A stretch of 63,960 nucleotides of DNA, filler included, from Hausera hauseri (taxonomy: Eukaryota), in NCBI GenBank assembly GCA_046269625.1. It is 10 parts of 10 records of this genome, joined end to end, with 100 filler letters (N's around TTAATTAATTAA, not from the genome) between each part and the next. Parts side by side here need not be neighbours in the genome. Positions count along the whole stretch, not along the records: positions 49,453 to 54,825 come from JBJURY010268175.1; positions 54,926 to 59,765 come from JBJURY010417588.1; positions 59,866 to 63,960 come from JBJURY010765873.1; 7 more parts are not named here. The stretch is one strand, 5' to 3'. The notes below the pieces were generated by a model. It did no database searches, had not been told where the DNA came from, and saw nothing but the letters and a program-made list of their open reading frames with translations. Both the position numbers and the translations under genes were made by a program. Positions 49,808 to 61,228 of this stretch are shown here, in pieces (the first letter of the stretch is position 1; each line of letters starts with the position of its first letter).

Positions 49808-51130
49808 TTGTTGTTTATCACCATCGTTTTCCATCCACTTTTTGTTAATAAATTAATACATACCGCACATATAACACAATGTATCGACACAATACAATTA
49901 TATGACCTCATTCACAAAGCCACCGCCTTCAATGACTTCTATTTAACTGACAATGGATTCATTTTAACTGACCTCCCACACATCATGTCCTCACAATACT
50001 CCCTCTGTATACACATCCACCCTAGAATCCGCGGAGGTATGATTTCTTCACCAACCAGTGACATCACAGATAAGGTGACCACAAAACCCAAATCCATTGT
50101 TTATTATCCAAAATCAAACCATCTAACTCCTTCAACCGATATTAGTTTTTCTCACAAAACCCCTACAATTACACCTTTACATTGCTCTGAATACTTTACA
50201 GACAATGAAAACTCTAGTAAGATTTGGCTCCACTTTTATCAACTTTGGCTACAATCCAACGGTATTATCGACTCGTTAACCAAAGCCAATAATCTACTCT
50301 ACCTTCTACCAAACTCCATGAAGACCTCAATCTATAACTTACTTTACATCTTTCAACACCCTGACCCTTATACGCAATTGTTCAATGCTGTATTAAAACT
50401 AACAGAACCACCAATTGACTCGATAATACAACGATTCTTTAATGAAAACGCGATGGGCATGCAAAAACCTAGTGATTTTTATGCACCTTTTTGGCCCACT
50501 TACGTACCCTTAGCGTTACAAAGGAACACAATCCGGATCTACTTTGCCACTATTTTCTTAATGCTATACCAATTCTAATTAGGGCTTTACTTACTGTCGT
50601 TGAGAATTCTACAGCTTTAGATAAACTAGCCGAATTGGCCAATAAAGCACATGAAGTTTTACAATTACAGTCACAGCCAATCGTATCGGCCGCAATCACA
50701 ACCGGCGACAATCAACTACATACACCAATAGAACAACAAATGAGCAAATTACGCGCCGAAAATGCAGCACTACAATATACAATCAATAATATTAATGATA
50801 AGCTGAATGACCTTTCCTTGCAGGGACGGAGTTCTCTTGTTTTCATCGCACGCTTTCGGCCTCAAAAAATCGATCACCGTACCCGGCGCGATCGTTTGTA
50901 TGCTATTATCATAACAAATTTAATGACAAAGCTAATAAATTCTGTTTAGGGTGTAGATATTACTTTTCGAATCTACACTCAGATAACATTGTTTGCATCT
51001 ATCATGCAAAATTTGGACCTAATGCTCGGAAATGTATTTCAGGCTGTAACTATAAAATCAACTCTAACTACGCCAATGACAAACGTTCTACTTTCTGTAA
51101 TAATAAACGCCCAAACTCACCAATCCAAAA
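49808..51130 (+). pseudogene. gag: CsRn1/Kabuki-type gag with an N-terminal ubiquitin-like segment and two CHCC knuckles
   Basis: ...IHIHPRIRGG|M...; PDPYTQL...QKPSDF; LDKLAELANKAHE; CYYHNKFNDKANKFCLGC and CIYHAKFGPNARKCISGC. Confidence 0.78.
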
Positions 51131-51239
51131 AAACTGATTTCGCCGCCAGTACTCACGGCAGAGTCTGGCAAAGGCAACTTACCTAATCCTTCTTACCGAC
51201 TCACTTTTTTGCAGTCTTTACACTAAAAGCTGCAATCTC

Positions 51240-54200
51240 TACCCCGAACATTGAATCCATATATTTTCTCATCGATACCGGTGCAGCAATCTCATTACTA
51301 CCACTTTCTTTTCTGGTTCAGCACCTTTCACTTCAAACAAAACCTTTATACACCGCTTTCGGTCAACCCCTTCATATTTTCGGAACATGTAAATTATCTT
51401 TCGATCTTCCGCACTTTTCCTCAACATTTCACTGGACGTTTACAGTCGCTAACGTTTAGACGGCAATACTTGGCTCCAATTTCCTGTCGTTAGTTGATTG
51501 CAAACAACGATGTCTGAAAATACATACAACCGGAGACTGTAACGCACAAACAGGCAGAATGACGACGACAGCGCAGTCTGTGGTAAGGAGGAAATCAATC
51601 ATAAAAAAGTCAATTCTTCATTCTAATTCTGTTAACTATCATGTTTACATCCTAAGTTTTTAAATAATAATGTTGATAGTCAGCCGAAGCTCAATGTTGA
51701 TAGCCACGATCTTGTCGATTGAGTAAAATCATTAAACAAAACCATTTCCCTAAATACTGTCTTTAGTACGACCATTTTAAATCAGATTCCACCCGATTTC
51801 GCACCAGAAATTAACCTACATTCATCCCGTACTGCTAACAACATCGATTCATCGCCATTTCCAATATTTTGGCAACTACCTTTCAGTTTGCAACAATTCA
51901 TCAATACTTCTTGTCCTCGTATACTCCTGAAAACGGCATCTGCATAATATCATTACACAACACCAAAGGCCCATTTGTCAAAAGGTTCGTCCATTATCAC
52001 CTCGCCGCGGGCAGGCAGTAGAGACTGAATTCTTTGAACTTGAACAATCAGGTATTGTTCGTAGATCTAAATCCCCTTGGTCTTCGCATCTCCACGTCGT
52101 TCAAAAAAAGATGGATCCTTCCGACAATGCAGCGATTACCGCCAGCTTAAAACTTTAACCATAATGGATACATACCGACTACCATAGATCAAAGACATAC
52201 TATACCGACTTAATTCTACCCCAGTTTATTCAACAATCGATTTAGCCAAAGCGTGCCACAAAATTCCTGTCGCACCGGAAGACATCGAGAAAACTGCAGT
52301 TACCACACCTTTCGGCCTTTACGAGTACTTGTACATGCCTTTCGTTCTTCGGAATGCCGCACAGACTTCCCAGCGACACGTCGATTCAATCCTTTCAGAT
52401 TTTCCTTTTGCTCATCCATATATTGATGATAACCTTAGTTGCTTCATCTTCTATGAAACAACACAAATAACACCTATGCTCTATCTTCAAACGACTTAAA
52501 CAACACAAACTACAGATAAATTTTGCAAAATGTAACTTCTTCCAAAAACTGGTTAATTTTCTTGGACATTATCTCATCAAACGGCCATTCGCCTCAGCCT
52601 GATCGAATCGAGACTCTTAAAAACGTCCAACTACCTAGGACAATTACAGAAATGTGCAGATTTCTCGGTACCTTACATTTTGTCCACAAATATGTTTCAT
52701 ATTGTTCGTAACTCACGGCACCTTTTGCCCACTTAAGCGGAGGAAAACAAACACCCGAAAATCCAGTGGACACCGTAGCTGGTCGATAGGTTTGATAGGC
52801 TACGCGAAGGACTAAAGACTGTTGAAATACTAACATTTAATAAGCCTGATGCCGAACTCATCTTAGCCACAGATGCATCAACCACCGCAGTAGGCGCCGT
52901 TCTACATCAGTTGTATAAAGGCAAAAATCAGCCTCTAGAATTCTTTTCCAGAAAAATAACACCACCAGAAACTAGATATTCAACTTTCGATCAAGAACTA
53001 CTGGCAATTGTTTTGCCTTGCGAATGAAACATCCTTTCACTCGACAAAAACGACAAATTTCATATTTGTCCACTTTTAACTTCGGCATTAAACAAATTAA
53101 CGGTGTTAACAATCTAGTCGCCGAATTTTTATCTAGATCAGTTAGTTCAATCCATTTTTTACAAATTTTTACTCAGGAAAAACTTCAAGAAAATCAGTCA
53201 TCTCAAGACATTGTTAATTCGATTAAGTCTCACCACATCGTTGACGGCGTGGCCTTAGACACTTCCAAACCAGGCCAATCCAAAATAATTCTTGCTCCAT
53301 CTTTACAAAAACAAGCATTTGATAGCGTACATTCATTACACCATCATGGTGCCAAGGCAACTTTTCGCTTACTTCAACGTCAGGTAGTTTGGCTGTTAAT
53401 ACGCTTTGATGTGCGAGCATGGGTTAAAGAGTGCGTGGCTTGTCAGAAATACAAGACCATAAAACATTTAAAATCACCACTATACCACTTTCGCTGCACA
53501 TCACGTTTTGAATCCGTACATATTGATCTCGTCGGTCCTCTTCCACTAGATAACGGTCATCAATTTATTCTGACCATGATGGATCGTTTCTCGCGATGGC
53601 CAGAAACAATCTTTCTGCGGAGCACAAACACTGACACAATAGCGGATGCTTTCATTCGTACGTGGATTAGTAGGTTCGGATTCCCTCGTTTTGTCATTTC
53701 GTACCAAGGTCCTCAATTCGAATCAAACCTGTTTAAATCCCTGGTCAACCGATTGGAGATAAGCCATATTCATACCTTATCATCCTCAATCGAATGGCCT
53801 TCTCGAACGTTTACACCGAACATTGAAAACATAACTTAGAATTCTTGCACAGTCCAACACCAATCGGTCTACTCTTCTTCCGTTCGTTCTGCTTGGCTGA
53901 TGGAACACTCCGTCCACTTCCATAGAATGCTCACCAACTGAAGCTTTATTCGGAACCCCTGTACGGTCATTGTTTGAACTAACCACCCTAGAAGAGACTC
54001 CTGCAGATGAGATGATACGAACAGCACAGGATCACTTCGTGACAATCAGCAAGGATTTGTTCTGCAGGCTATTACACAACAACAAAACTTACATACCCGA
54101 AGACTTATACTCGGCAAAGTTCGTATGGTTAAAAAATCAAACACCGTCTGTTTTTCAACCGCAATACTTAAGACCCTATAAATTAGTGCAGCTGCATTCA

Positions 54201-54300
54201 CAGAACGCTATTATCTTTAAAGACGGAAAAAAATTTGTAGTACATAATACTAATGTAAAATCTACCTTTTTCGTAGATGATACTTCTCCAACTGAAACGT
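51240..54300 (+). pseudogene. pol: Ty3/gypsy pol (protease, RT, RNase H, integrase), frameshifted
   Basis: YFLIDTGAAISLLP; SKSPWSSHLHVV; KTAVTTPFGLYEYLYMPF; YIDD; LATDASTTAVGAVLHQ; HSLHHHG...CVACQ; VHIDLVGPLP; DRFSRWPE; QGPQFES. Confidence 0.95.
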
Positions 54301-55149
54301 CAACCTCGTTTTCTACCCCTATAACCACCACTATCCCCACTTCAATTTACACGTCTACCTTACCACATACTCCTGTACTTCTTTCTGTTCCTACATTTTC
54401 ACCTCCTAATTCCGTTCCTGTCCCTGTTTCCACATTTTCCTCTCCTTCTTTTCTTATTCCTACTTATACTCCAAACCCTATTCTTATTCCTTCACCTATT
54501 TCTACTTCTCCCTTCCACTTATCACTTCCCGAAACTTTCACAGATAACAGGAATCATCCAACTTCAGTCACTCCTTTTCCCTCTTCTGTTTTACCTCCGC
54601 CAGACACAACACTCAACCATGCAAATTCTGATATTTTCTTTTCGCAACCATTCCAGCAGGCAGACACAAAAGTAAAGACACATCGCAAGTCAGTGACATT
54701 AAGTACCTATAGTAGACAACTAAATAACGAAGGATTACAACGTCTTGTACGCACAAAAACTTATAAGACAAGTTACACCGTTTTTTCTCTGGATTTTCTT
54801 TTCAATTTTATCTTTACAGTTTTCANNNNNNNNNNNNNNNNNNNNNNNNNNNNNNNNNNNNNNNNNNNNTTAATTAATTAANNNNNNNNNNNNNNNNNNN
54901 NNNNNNNNNNNNNNNNNNNNNNNNNCGGTCGCGAAATTTCTCACGTACCTGATGATGATAGTTTAAAGTGTCGAGTGAATACTGAATTGCAAGGATACAA
55001 AGAAAAGGCCAATATCAAAAGCCCTATTTGATAAGTGTAGCTGTAGCACATTTTAATTATCAATAAATTTTGTTTGACTGTTCTTCTTCTCTCATTAACC
55101 CAATTAACGAGTATAAATATACGTGTGATTTTAATATGGGTATAAGAAT

Positions 55150-55487
55150 AATGATAATGAATGATGTAAAGATTAGCTTAACAGACGAAAATGCCTTTGT
55201 ACCAAGACGTGTTACAGCAAACAGTGCAGGCTACGATGTGTTTTTCAATGTCAATACGACAATTACAGACAGCACAATTAAATACATAACAATTGGGATT
55301 CGATCGGAGATTCCACCCGGTTACTACGGCCAACTTTTTTAAACAAACGTACTGTCAAAATTCGGACTGACGGTTGTGGGTGGCGGCCGTGCCACTGATT
55401 CAGACTTTCGTGGTAAAAATAAGGTGTTGCTGGTAAGCCAATCCGGGGAACTGTATGCTTTTACGAAAGGCAGTGCATTCGCACAAT
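55150..55487 (+). pseudogene. dut: dUTPase (copy 2), frameshifted and C-terminally deleted
   Basis: AFVPRRVTANSAGYDVFF, GIRSEIPPGYYGQ, DSDFRGKNKVLL, KGSAFAQ. Confidence 0.85.
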
Positions 55488-55961
55488 AATGAAGCTTTCC
55501 AAGGTGATAATTCCCAGTACATAATAAAGGAATTGTGCATTATGGACGTTGGTAACATTTTCAAACCGCTTGTGTACATATTCAAGCCCGGTATTGTGTG
55601 GAAAGACTTGACGGAAAAAGCGAAAATTACAAATGGATTTCTCTTTCGACATCGCCATGGACTTCATTGGTATGAACGCAATTCAACGTTTTGTGCGCCG
55701 TGTATTATGGGAGAGATTTGTGATCGTTTTGACGTTGAAAATACAATATTTTACATTAAAAATCAAATTGATGGACAAAAGTTTACACAATTCTATTTAC
55801 ACTTTCCCGAGTTGCAAATGACGACGTATTCAAGAACATTGAACAACTCGCTGGCGATGGTACCTGACAATATCTTATGTCCATATCGTGATAATAGACC
55901 ACATTGTGCTTACAAAAATGTCTGCGACTTTGTATTGACTATATTTCATGCAAATAAATAA
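55488..55961 (+). CDS. Maverick-associated DEDD-like nuclease ORF (N-terminus lost)
   Basis: EAFQGDNSQYIIKELCI..YIFKP...NGFLFRHRHGLHW resembles the recurrent polinton ORF pattern (D.xGF...KELA...FKPP...HGL.W). C-terminal C..H..HCA-like motif. Confidence 0.65.
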   Translation, partial: NEAFQGDNSQYIIKELCIMDVGNIFKPLVYIFKPGIVWKDLTEKAKITNGFLFRHRHGLHWYERNSTFCAPCIMGEICDRFDVENTIFYIKNQIDGQKFTQFYLHFPELQMTTYSRTLNNSLAMVPDNILCPYRDNRPHCAYKNVCDFVLTIFHANK

Positions 55962-56289
55962 ATATATGTACGTATTTCCTTCTTTCTGTAAATAATATTC
56001 ATGCCATGTTTAGCAATATTGGTCAGTTGAATAATTAAAAACCATAAATACGGGTAAGTTATAATAATAATAATCATGGACTATAATGGAAATTGTACAC
56101 ATTTATTACGAATGACGTCTTCAATAACGGAACAAAGCAGTGTCATCGGCTTCAATGTCGTGGAGGTAATTTGTATCATTGTGATGTGAGACAATACTCA
56201 CAAAGTAAAATGCCTAGGGTTTACAATGAAAACAAACCTTTGATATAAATATAAATTCAATTTCGTTTCAAGTTTGTCTTGTTTAAAAA

Positions 56290-56790
56290 ATGTCTTTGGA
56301 AAACAATTCAGCAGGTGACAGTCTCTCAAAAAAGCCAAGGTACAGCGAATATTCTCTCAGAAATTCCCGGTTGGATAATGGATACAACTTGCATTATCCG
56401 CGCAACGCTATTCAATTGCCACTGACGCAAACGGTCAAAATCAAAGCGGTGAAATATGGTCTATTGATGAAAAATATCAGCGACGATGATGTAAATACAA
56501 TGAAAGACACAATTAGAAAAGTTGACACTGATTTTGTGTTGAGTAACGATATCCAAGATACATCGTCGATTTTTCTCAAACGAAATATGGTGAAAATTGT
56601 CAGTTCACATGGTGGAAAAACAGCAGCAGCAGTAAAAGCAGTTTTGTCACCGGAAGGAGCTAAAGGCCATCTAACATTGAAGTTGAAAGGATACAAGCAT
56701 CTTCACGGCATTAAATCACCAATATGGAAGCTGGGAAAATTTACGCTGGTTTCACTTACTTTGCTTTTGATTTTAGCTTATGATGATTAA
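56290..56790 (+). CDS. Conserved Maverick accessory protein of unknown function
   Basis: Intact 166-aa ORF with a diverged homologue at 24090-24619 in the same syntenic position. Confidence 0.75.
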   Translation: MSLENNSAGDSLSKKPRYSEYSLRNSRLDNGYNLHYPRNAIQLPLTQTVKIKAVKYGLLMKNISDDDVNTMKDTIRKVDTDFVLSNDIQDTSSIFLKRNMVKIVSSHGGKTAAAVKAVLSPEGAKGHLTLKLKGYKHLHGIKSPIWKLGKFTLVSLTLLLILAYDD

Positions 56791-56977
56791 TAAATTTTAT
56801 TGATTGTGTGTTCTTCATATTGTTTCTCGTCACATTAAGTTAAATAGATAAATTAAATAATAATAAAACAAAAGGCAAAAACAACGAATAATATACATTA
56901 TTTATACAAAACAAACAGATCACGATGAATTGTCACAGTAATTTGATCTGTCTGCACCGAATTCTTGCGTGCCTGTT

Positions 56978-59765
56978 TTATTCCAAACGCCAATGTCCGC
57001 ACGCCCAACTCTTATTTCGCCCCACCCACTTACACTTATCATCATTGCATGATAAAGCGACTTTTGTATTGGTCATCGTATGCAGCTGGTGCTCAATCGA
57101 TCGGATGATCGTTTGTGACACAACAGCCTTTGATTGTCCTTCTTCTTCTAAATAGATTCGGGGATAATCAGCGTGGTTTATTTCCGTCTGGGCCAACTGA
57201 ACTCCTTTGGCCAGCATTTTCGGTCCACCGTGAATTAAAAGGCTATAACATTTTGGCCGTAGAAATATCCATTCACGATACTGAACCCGACTTTCACTTT
57301 CATCCTTGAAGCAACCGATTTTGTTGGTGATCGCGCTGCTGTACAACAGATGATCCGGTGGATAGTTAGACGTGTCCATTAATCCATCTGACTGCATTTG
57401 CTACAGTAGCTCTTCGCGATTGACTTTTTTCAGCCGCGGGAAAAAACTGTCTGTGTCACCGGCTATTATACTAATGTCACAGCCGTCAAACATTTCCCGG
57501 TAACGTGCTAAATCGCGATGCTATTGTTCATACATCCGCAACTTTCTAAGGTCCAATACCACTTGTCCAATGTAACTTGGCCTGTCCAGAACGACTTTTT
57601 CTCTGTTTAAAAGCACGGCAATCAATCCATCGGCAATGTGCATTGACCGCCAAAACTTCACCTTACTCATGTACGTGACCAACCACTTTTTGCTCTTACA
57701 TAGGCGTACATTGGGCCGCTTTTCCAGATTCTCCCATGTTTTTCCGTACAGGGAATTGTTTTTCAGTATGTAGTAGTCCTTTTCGAACTTTGTACAAGCT
57801 GCGGCTCGTTTTTCTGAATTTCCGTCAATGCATGCCTTGAATATCGGCGCCTGATTGAATTTAATTGCGCGATGCAGCTGTGTGACGCGTACATCGAGCT
57901 GCATGTAGAACTGTAGCAGGTTCCAATAAACCACGTAATTCAGCTTCGGTTTATGCGTCATGAGCAGTTTCTTCACTTTTGAGCCTGACGGACATTGGTT
58001 AAATGGTGCGACTGGTAAATCGTCCAAAACGTCATGCATCTCATCTGGTACCACGGGATCGACCTCCATTATGTGTCCGACTGAGCTTGCCATGTCTGCT
58101 TGTGGTAGATTGACCATTATGTCGTCCAGATCTTCTCTGTCGACAACCCATTTGAATGTACCGTACGCAACAGTTGCAAAAGCGCTTAGCCATACAGGTT
58201 ATTAATATCAGTATACAGCAGTGATGTGGTATCGGTAGCAGGGACCTGATGCTTGTTGATAAATGTCATGCCGCCTTGAATACCAACATCAAACATCCGG
58301 TACATTTCCGGGTCTTGCAGCAGCTCAATATCTTGATCCAATGACATTAGAGCTGACGCAAAACTCATTCCCTGTATGGAATAAAAATTGAGTGGCTCCA
58401 GCCTATCTTCAGCCAACGCTTTCGCTCGAAACGCTTGGAAAACTTCAACTAATAAGTACACGTCCAGTTTAAGATACAGGAGCATGTAATTCAACAAGTT
58501 TCTACAGCCAAGTTCTGCCCAATACCTCTGTGCTTTCCGGTATTCATTCTCTGTGATACCTGTCCATCGCAGCGGTAATTCCTCTTCTGTCCGGAGTCAT
58601 TCATATGATGTTTTAAAGTCATATGGAAATATGCCTTTGCTGCGTGCATTGTGTGTGGGGAACTGTGTCAATGCTACCAGCATATCTGGCAAGGCATTTA
58701 CCAGCTTTGCCAATGATTCATCGGGAAATTGCAATGAATCAAGGAAGCGTACCTGGAACCGGTTTATACGATCAGACAGAGACAGGTATTTCTCCATCGT
58801 AGTCGGAATTATGGATAGTTCCCAATGCGTAAATCTGTTTATTGCCCATTTCAAAATATGATGGCAATTATAAGCTCTGAAGTTATGAAATACCACCGGT
58901 AAGAATGGCCGCACACGCCCTGCCAAATTGCATGAATTACATGCTGCTCCGAGATATCGACCAGTAAAATGATCGTGATCCGGTACGAGCCGTTCCAGTG
59001 AGTCAGGCGTTCATCTTCATCTGTCCACATCAAGGATTTGTTGCTATTTCTACTGTACCAGGGTGCGATTCTAGTTTCCACTATGGTTTGAAACTGCTGC
59101 AAAAAATCGCATACACAATTCCACCCGTGGAAAACATAATATTGAGGTTGACCTGCGGCTTTTATTTGGACAACCAACATACCGACGGCGATTGAAACAC
59201 GTTTTTGGTCATATATGTTGTGCTGTATTAAGATATCTTCGGTATCGGCATATACTACATATGCCAGACTGTCTGTTTTTGACCAATCAGTGAACCTGCG
59301 TTCCGGTTTGACGGGCATGACATACATTTTAGTTCCTAATGAATTTTGTCTGCACAGCGTCACATGTTTCTACCATGTTGTTTCCGACCTGAATCCATGA
59401 AGACATACAGGACACCATTTACACTGTATCCGTTTTTTGGAGGAAATGGTCATTCTCGATGTTCAGTAGCCTGTCCAGATTTGTCACTGCAACGTAATGG
59501 TACTTTTCCTTTTGTTCCAGTAGCAACAAATTTACTGAGCGGCCATTTGGGTTCCGACTACGACAGATTATATCCACATCAGGATTTTAGTAAATTTCTT
59601 TATCCGCCGGTATTTCTACAATTGTGTTGTACCGGAACACGTTGATTGCCAGTTTCGGATTACGTCGTTCAAAAGCCGGAATGGATTGCAGTTTCATCGG
59701 CATCCAGTTTTCATCGAAATCCAATTCGGAAAAATATTTCTGATACTGTTTTGGACGAGATGCAC
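56978..59765 (-). pseudogene. Maverick pPolB (copy 2), frameshifted
   Basis: VVYADTEDIL, DHDHF, KGIFPYD, YTDINNLYG, YYILKNNSLYGKT, AGDTDSF, IGCFKDE, FLRPKCYS; colinear with 20400-23773. Confidence 0.93.
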
Positions 59766-59865
59766 NNNNNNNNNNNNNNNNNNNNNNNNNNNNNNNNNNN
59801 NNNNNNNNNTTAATTAATTAANNNNNNNNNNNNNNNNNNNNNNNNNNNNNNNNNNNNNNNNNNNN

Positions 59866-60004
59866 TTGTTTTCACAGCATCTGAGAACATTGCCCTGAGC
59901 CGTTCCTGTGTAGCCGAGATCGACTTAATGCGAAGAGCCCCAGATGAATCCACATTAGCGGACTGTATCTGTAACTCTGCGCCGTCATTGAATATAATCT
60001 TCAA
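59866..60004 (-). CDS. Phage hypothetical protein (partial), TTG start
   Basis: RBS AAAGGAG, then TTG-KIIFNDGAELQIQSA...; truncated by the spacer. Confidence 0.65.
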
Positions 60005-60078
60005 ATCTTCTCCTTTCCGTGCGACGTCGCACATTATACTAAGAGCCGTTTGGCTCTGGTCAAAAAGTTGCTTTTGTT

Positions 60079-60738
60079 AACTAAATAGAAATTTTGCGGC
60101 AGGCGAAGAAAGAACCGCAACGCTAAATGGCTGGACGGTAAAGTACCGTTATGCCGGTGCCGGATATATGTATGTAGATATATCCAGGACAGTTTCGTCC
60201 CTAGATAATGGAGCCGCATATACAGAGATAACCAATCTGCCATTTTCTGTTCCGTTCAGACAATCACTTCCTATTGCTAACACGGTTGGCGCTGCGGTTA
60301 TAGGATCCGGTATAGCATTCTTTGACGGGACATCCATGAAGTGTCAATATGAAAAATATACAGCTGCGGTCAGTAACATTATTTTTGGGCTGTTAAGAGT
60401 TGCCTAACTATAGGTGTCATATTCTATATCAGCAGCCGCATAAGTGTCCTGGGACGTAACGTTAATGCCACCATCCAGAGAAATCTCGATACGCGCGACT
60501 CCGGGAAAAGACCCGGAAGGGCCTATATTAAGTATCCGAGTTTTTGGGTGTACTGACTCAGGCAATACGAATACAGTGGCAACCTTATTGGCTGGCAATG
60601 CTTGTATGCCGAGGTGCACATGTACTCGGCTACCGGAAGTATAATAGTAGCATCCACCCCAATTGGGATAATTTTGTCCGGCTAGTGGCGTAAAACTGAT
60701 TATATCCGCTGCGCTGACATTCAATTTTCTATTTAGTT
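60079..60738. other. Putative invertible segment bounded by 13-bp inverted repeats AACTAAATAGAAA (60079-60091 and 60726-60738)
   Basis: Exact inverted repeat; both copies encode L-N-R in frame with oppositely oriented ~110-aa cassettes. Confidence 0.8.
60081..60407 (+). CDS. Silent alternative C-terminal cassette of the receptor-binding protein
   Basis: Open frame LNRNFAAGEERTATLNGWTVKYRYAGAGYMYVDI...EITNLPFS...GLLRVA*, beginning exactly at the inverted repeat and preceded by an in-frame TAA. Confidence 0.75.
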   Translation, partial: LNRNFAAGEERTATLNGWTVKYRYAGAGYMYVDISRTVSSLDNGAAYTEITNLPFSVPFRQSLPIANTVGAAVIGSGIAFFDGTSMKCQYEKYTAAVSNIIFGLLRVA

Positions 60739-61228
60739 CAGTAATATTTGGCGCTTCGCTATATACTTTTTGCACTTCTGTTATGTTCAGCCCGTCAATT
60801 ATGATCTTGTACATTGGCATGTCCGCTACCGCATCGCCGGACTGTATATCTCCCGTTATGTGGCTCGGTACTGCTGGATTTGATTCTGCTGGTGTACCCT
60901 GGATAACTTTCAAACCAATACTCTCGGCTCCGTTATCTTGGTTCCTCTCGTATCTGGCAACAATCAGATCGATACGCTTCATTCCCTGTGATCCATTGAT
61001 AATAGTCAGCGAATCGTAGGTATTCTTTTTTATTGATGCCGTGCACCCCTGATGCATCAACACACCATCTCTGATCTTAATCTCGTTGTTAGAAGACACT
61101 TCTGCTTCCAACTGCATTCCCGTTTGTAAAACATAGGATCCTTCTCCTACAATTCCGATATTTACGTCTCTATCCTGTTCTGAGAATATATGCGCTTTCC
61201 CCGTATATCCTGTAATTATCTCCATCAT
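60404..61228 (-). CDS. Siphophage baseplate/receptor-binding (tail fibre) protein with variable C-terminus
   Basis: Follows Dit/Tal. N-terminus MEIITGYTGKAHI...KRIDLIVARY; C-terminus VFVLPESVHPK...RIEISLDGGINV. Confidence 0.8.
   Translation of the reverse strand: MMEIITGYTGKAHIFSEQDRDVNIGIVGEGSYVLQTGMQLEAEVSSNNEIKIRDGVLMHQGCTASIKKNTYDSLTIINGSQGMKRIDLIVARYERNQDNGAESIGLKVIQGTPAESNPAVPSHITGDIQSGDAVADMPMYKIIIDGLNITEVQKVYSEAPNITELNRKLNVSAADIISFTPLAGQNYPNWGGCYYYTSGSRVHVHLGIQALPANKVATVFVLPESVHPKTRILNIGPSGSFPGVARIEISLDGGINVTSQDTYAAADIEYDTYS

Noticed and set aside
54290-54620. Pro/Ser/Thr-rich tail as an env or mucin gene
   Set aside because: Low-complexity extension after the integrase with no signal peptide or cysteine pattern.
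60081-60736. Diversity-generating retroelement (TR/VR pair)
   Set aside because: The two cassettes are not adenine-variant copies of each other and no RT is nearby; the inverted-repeat geometry fits inversion.
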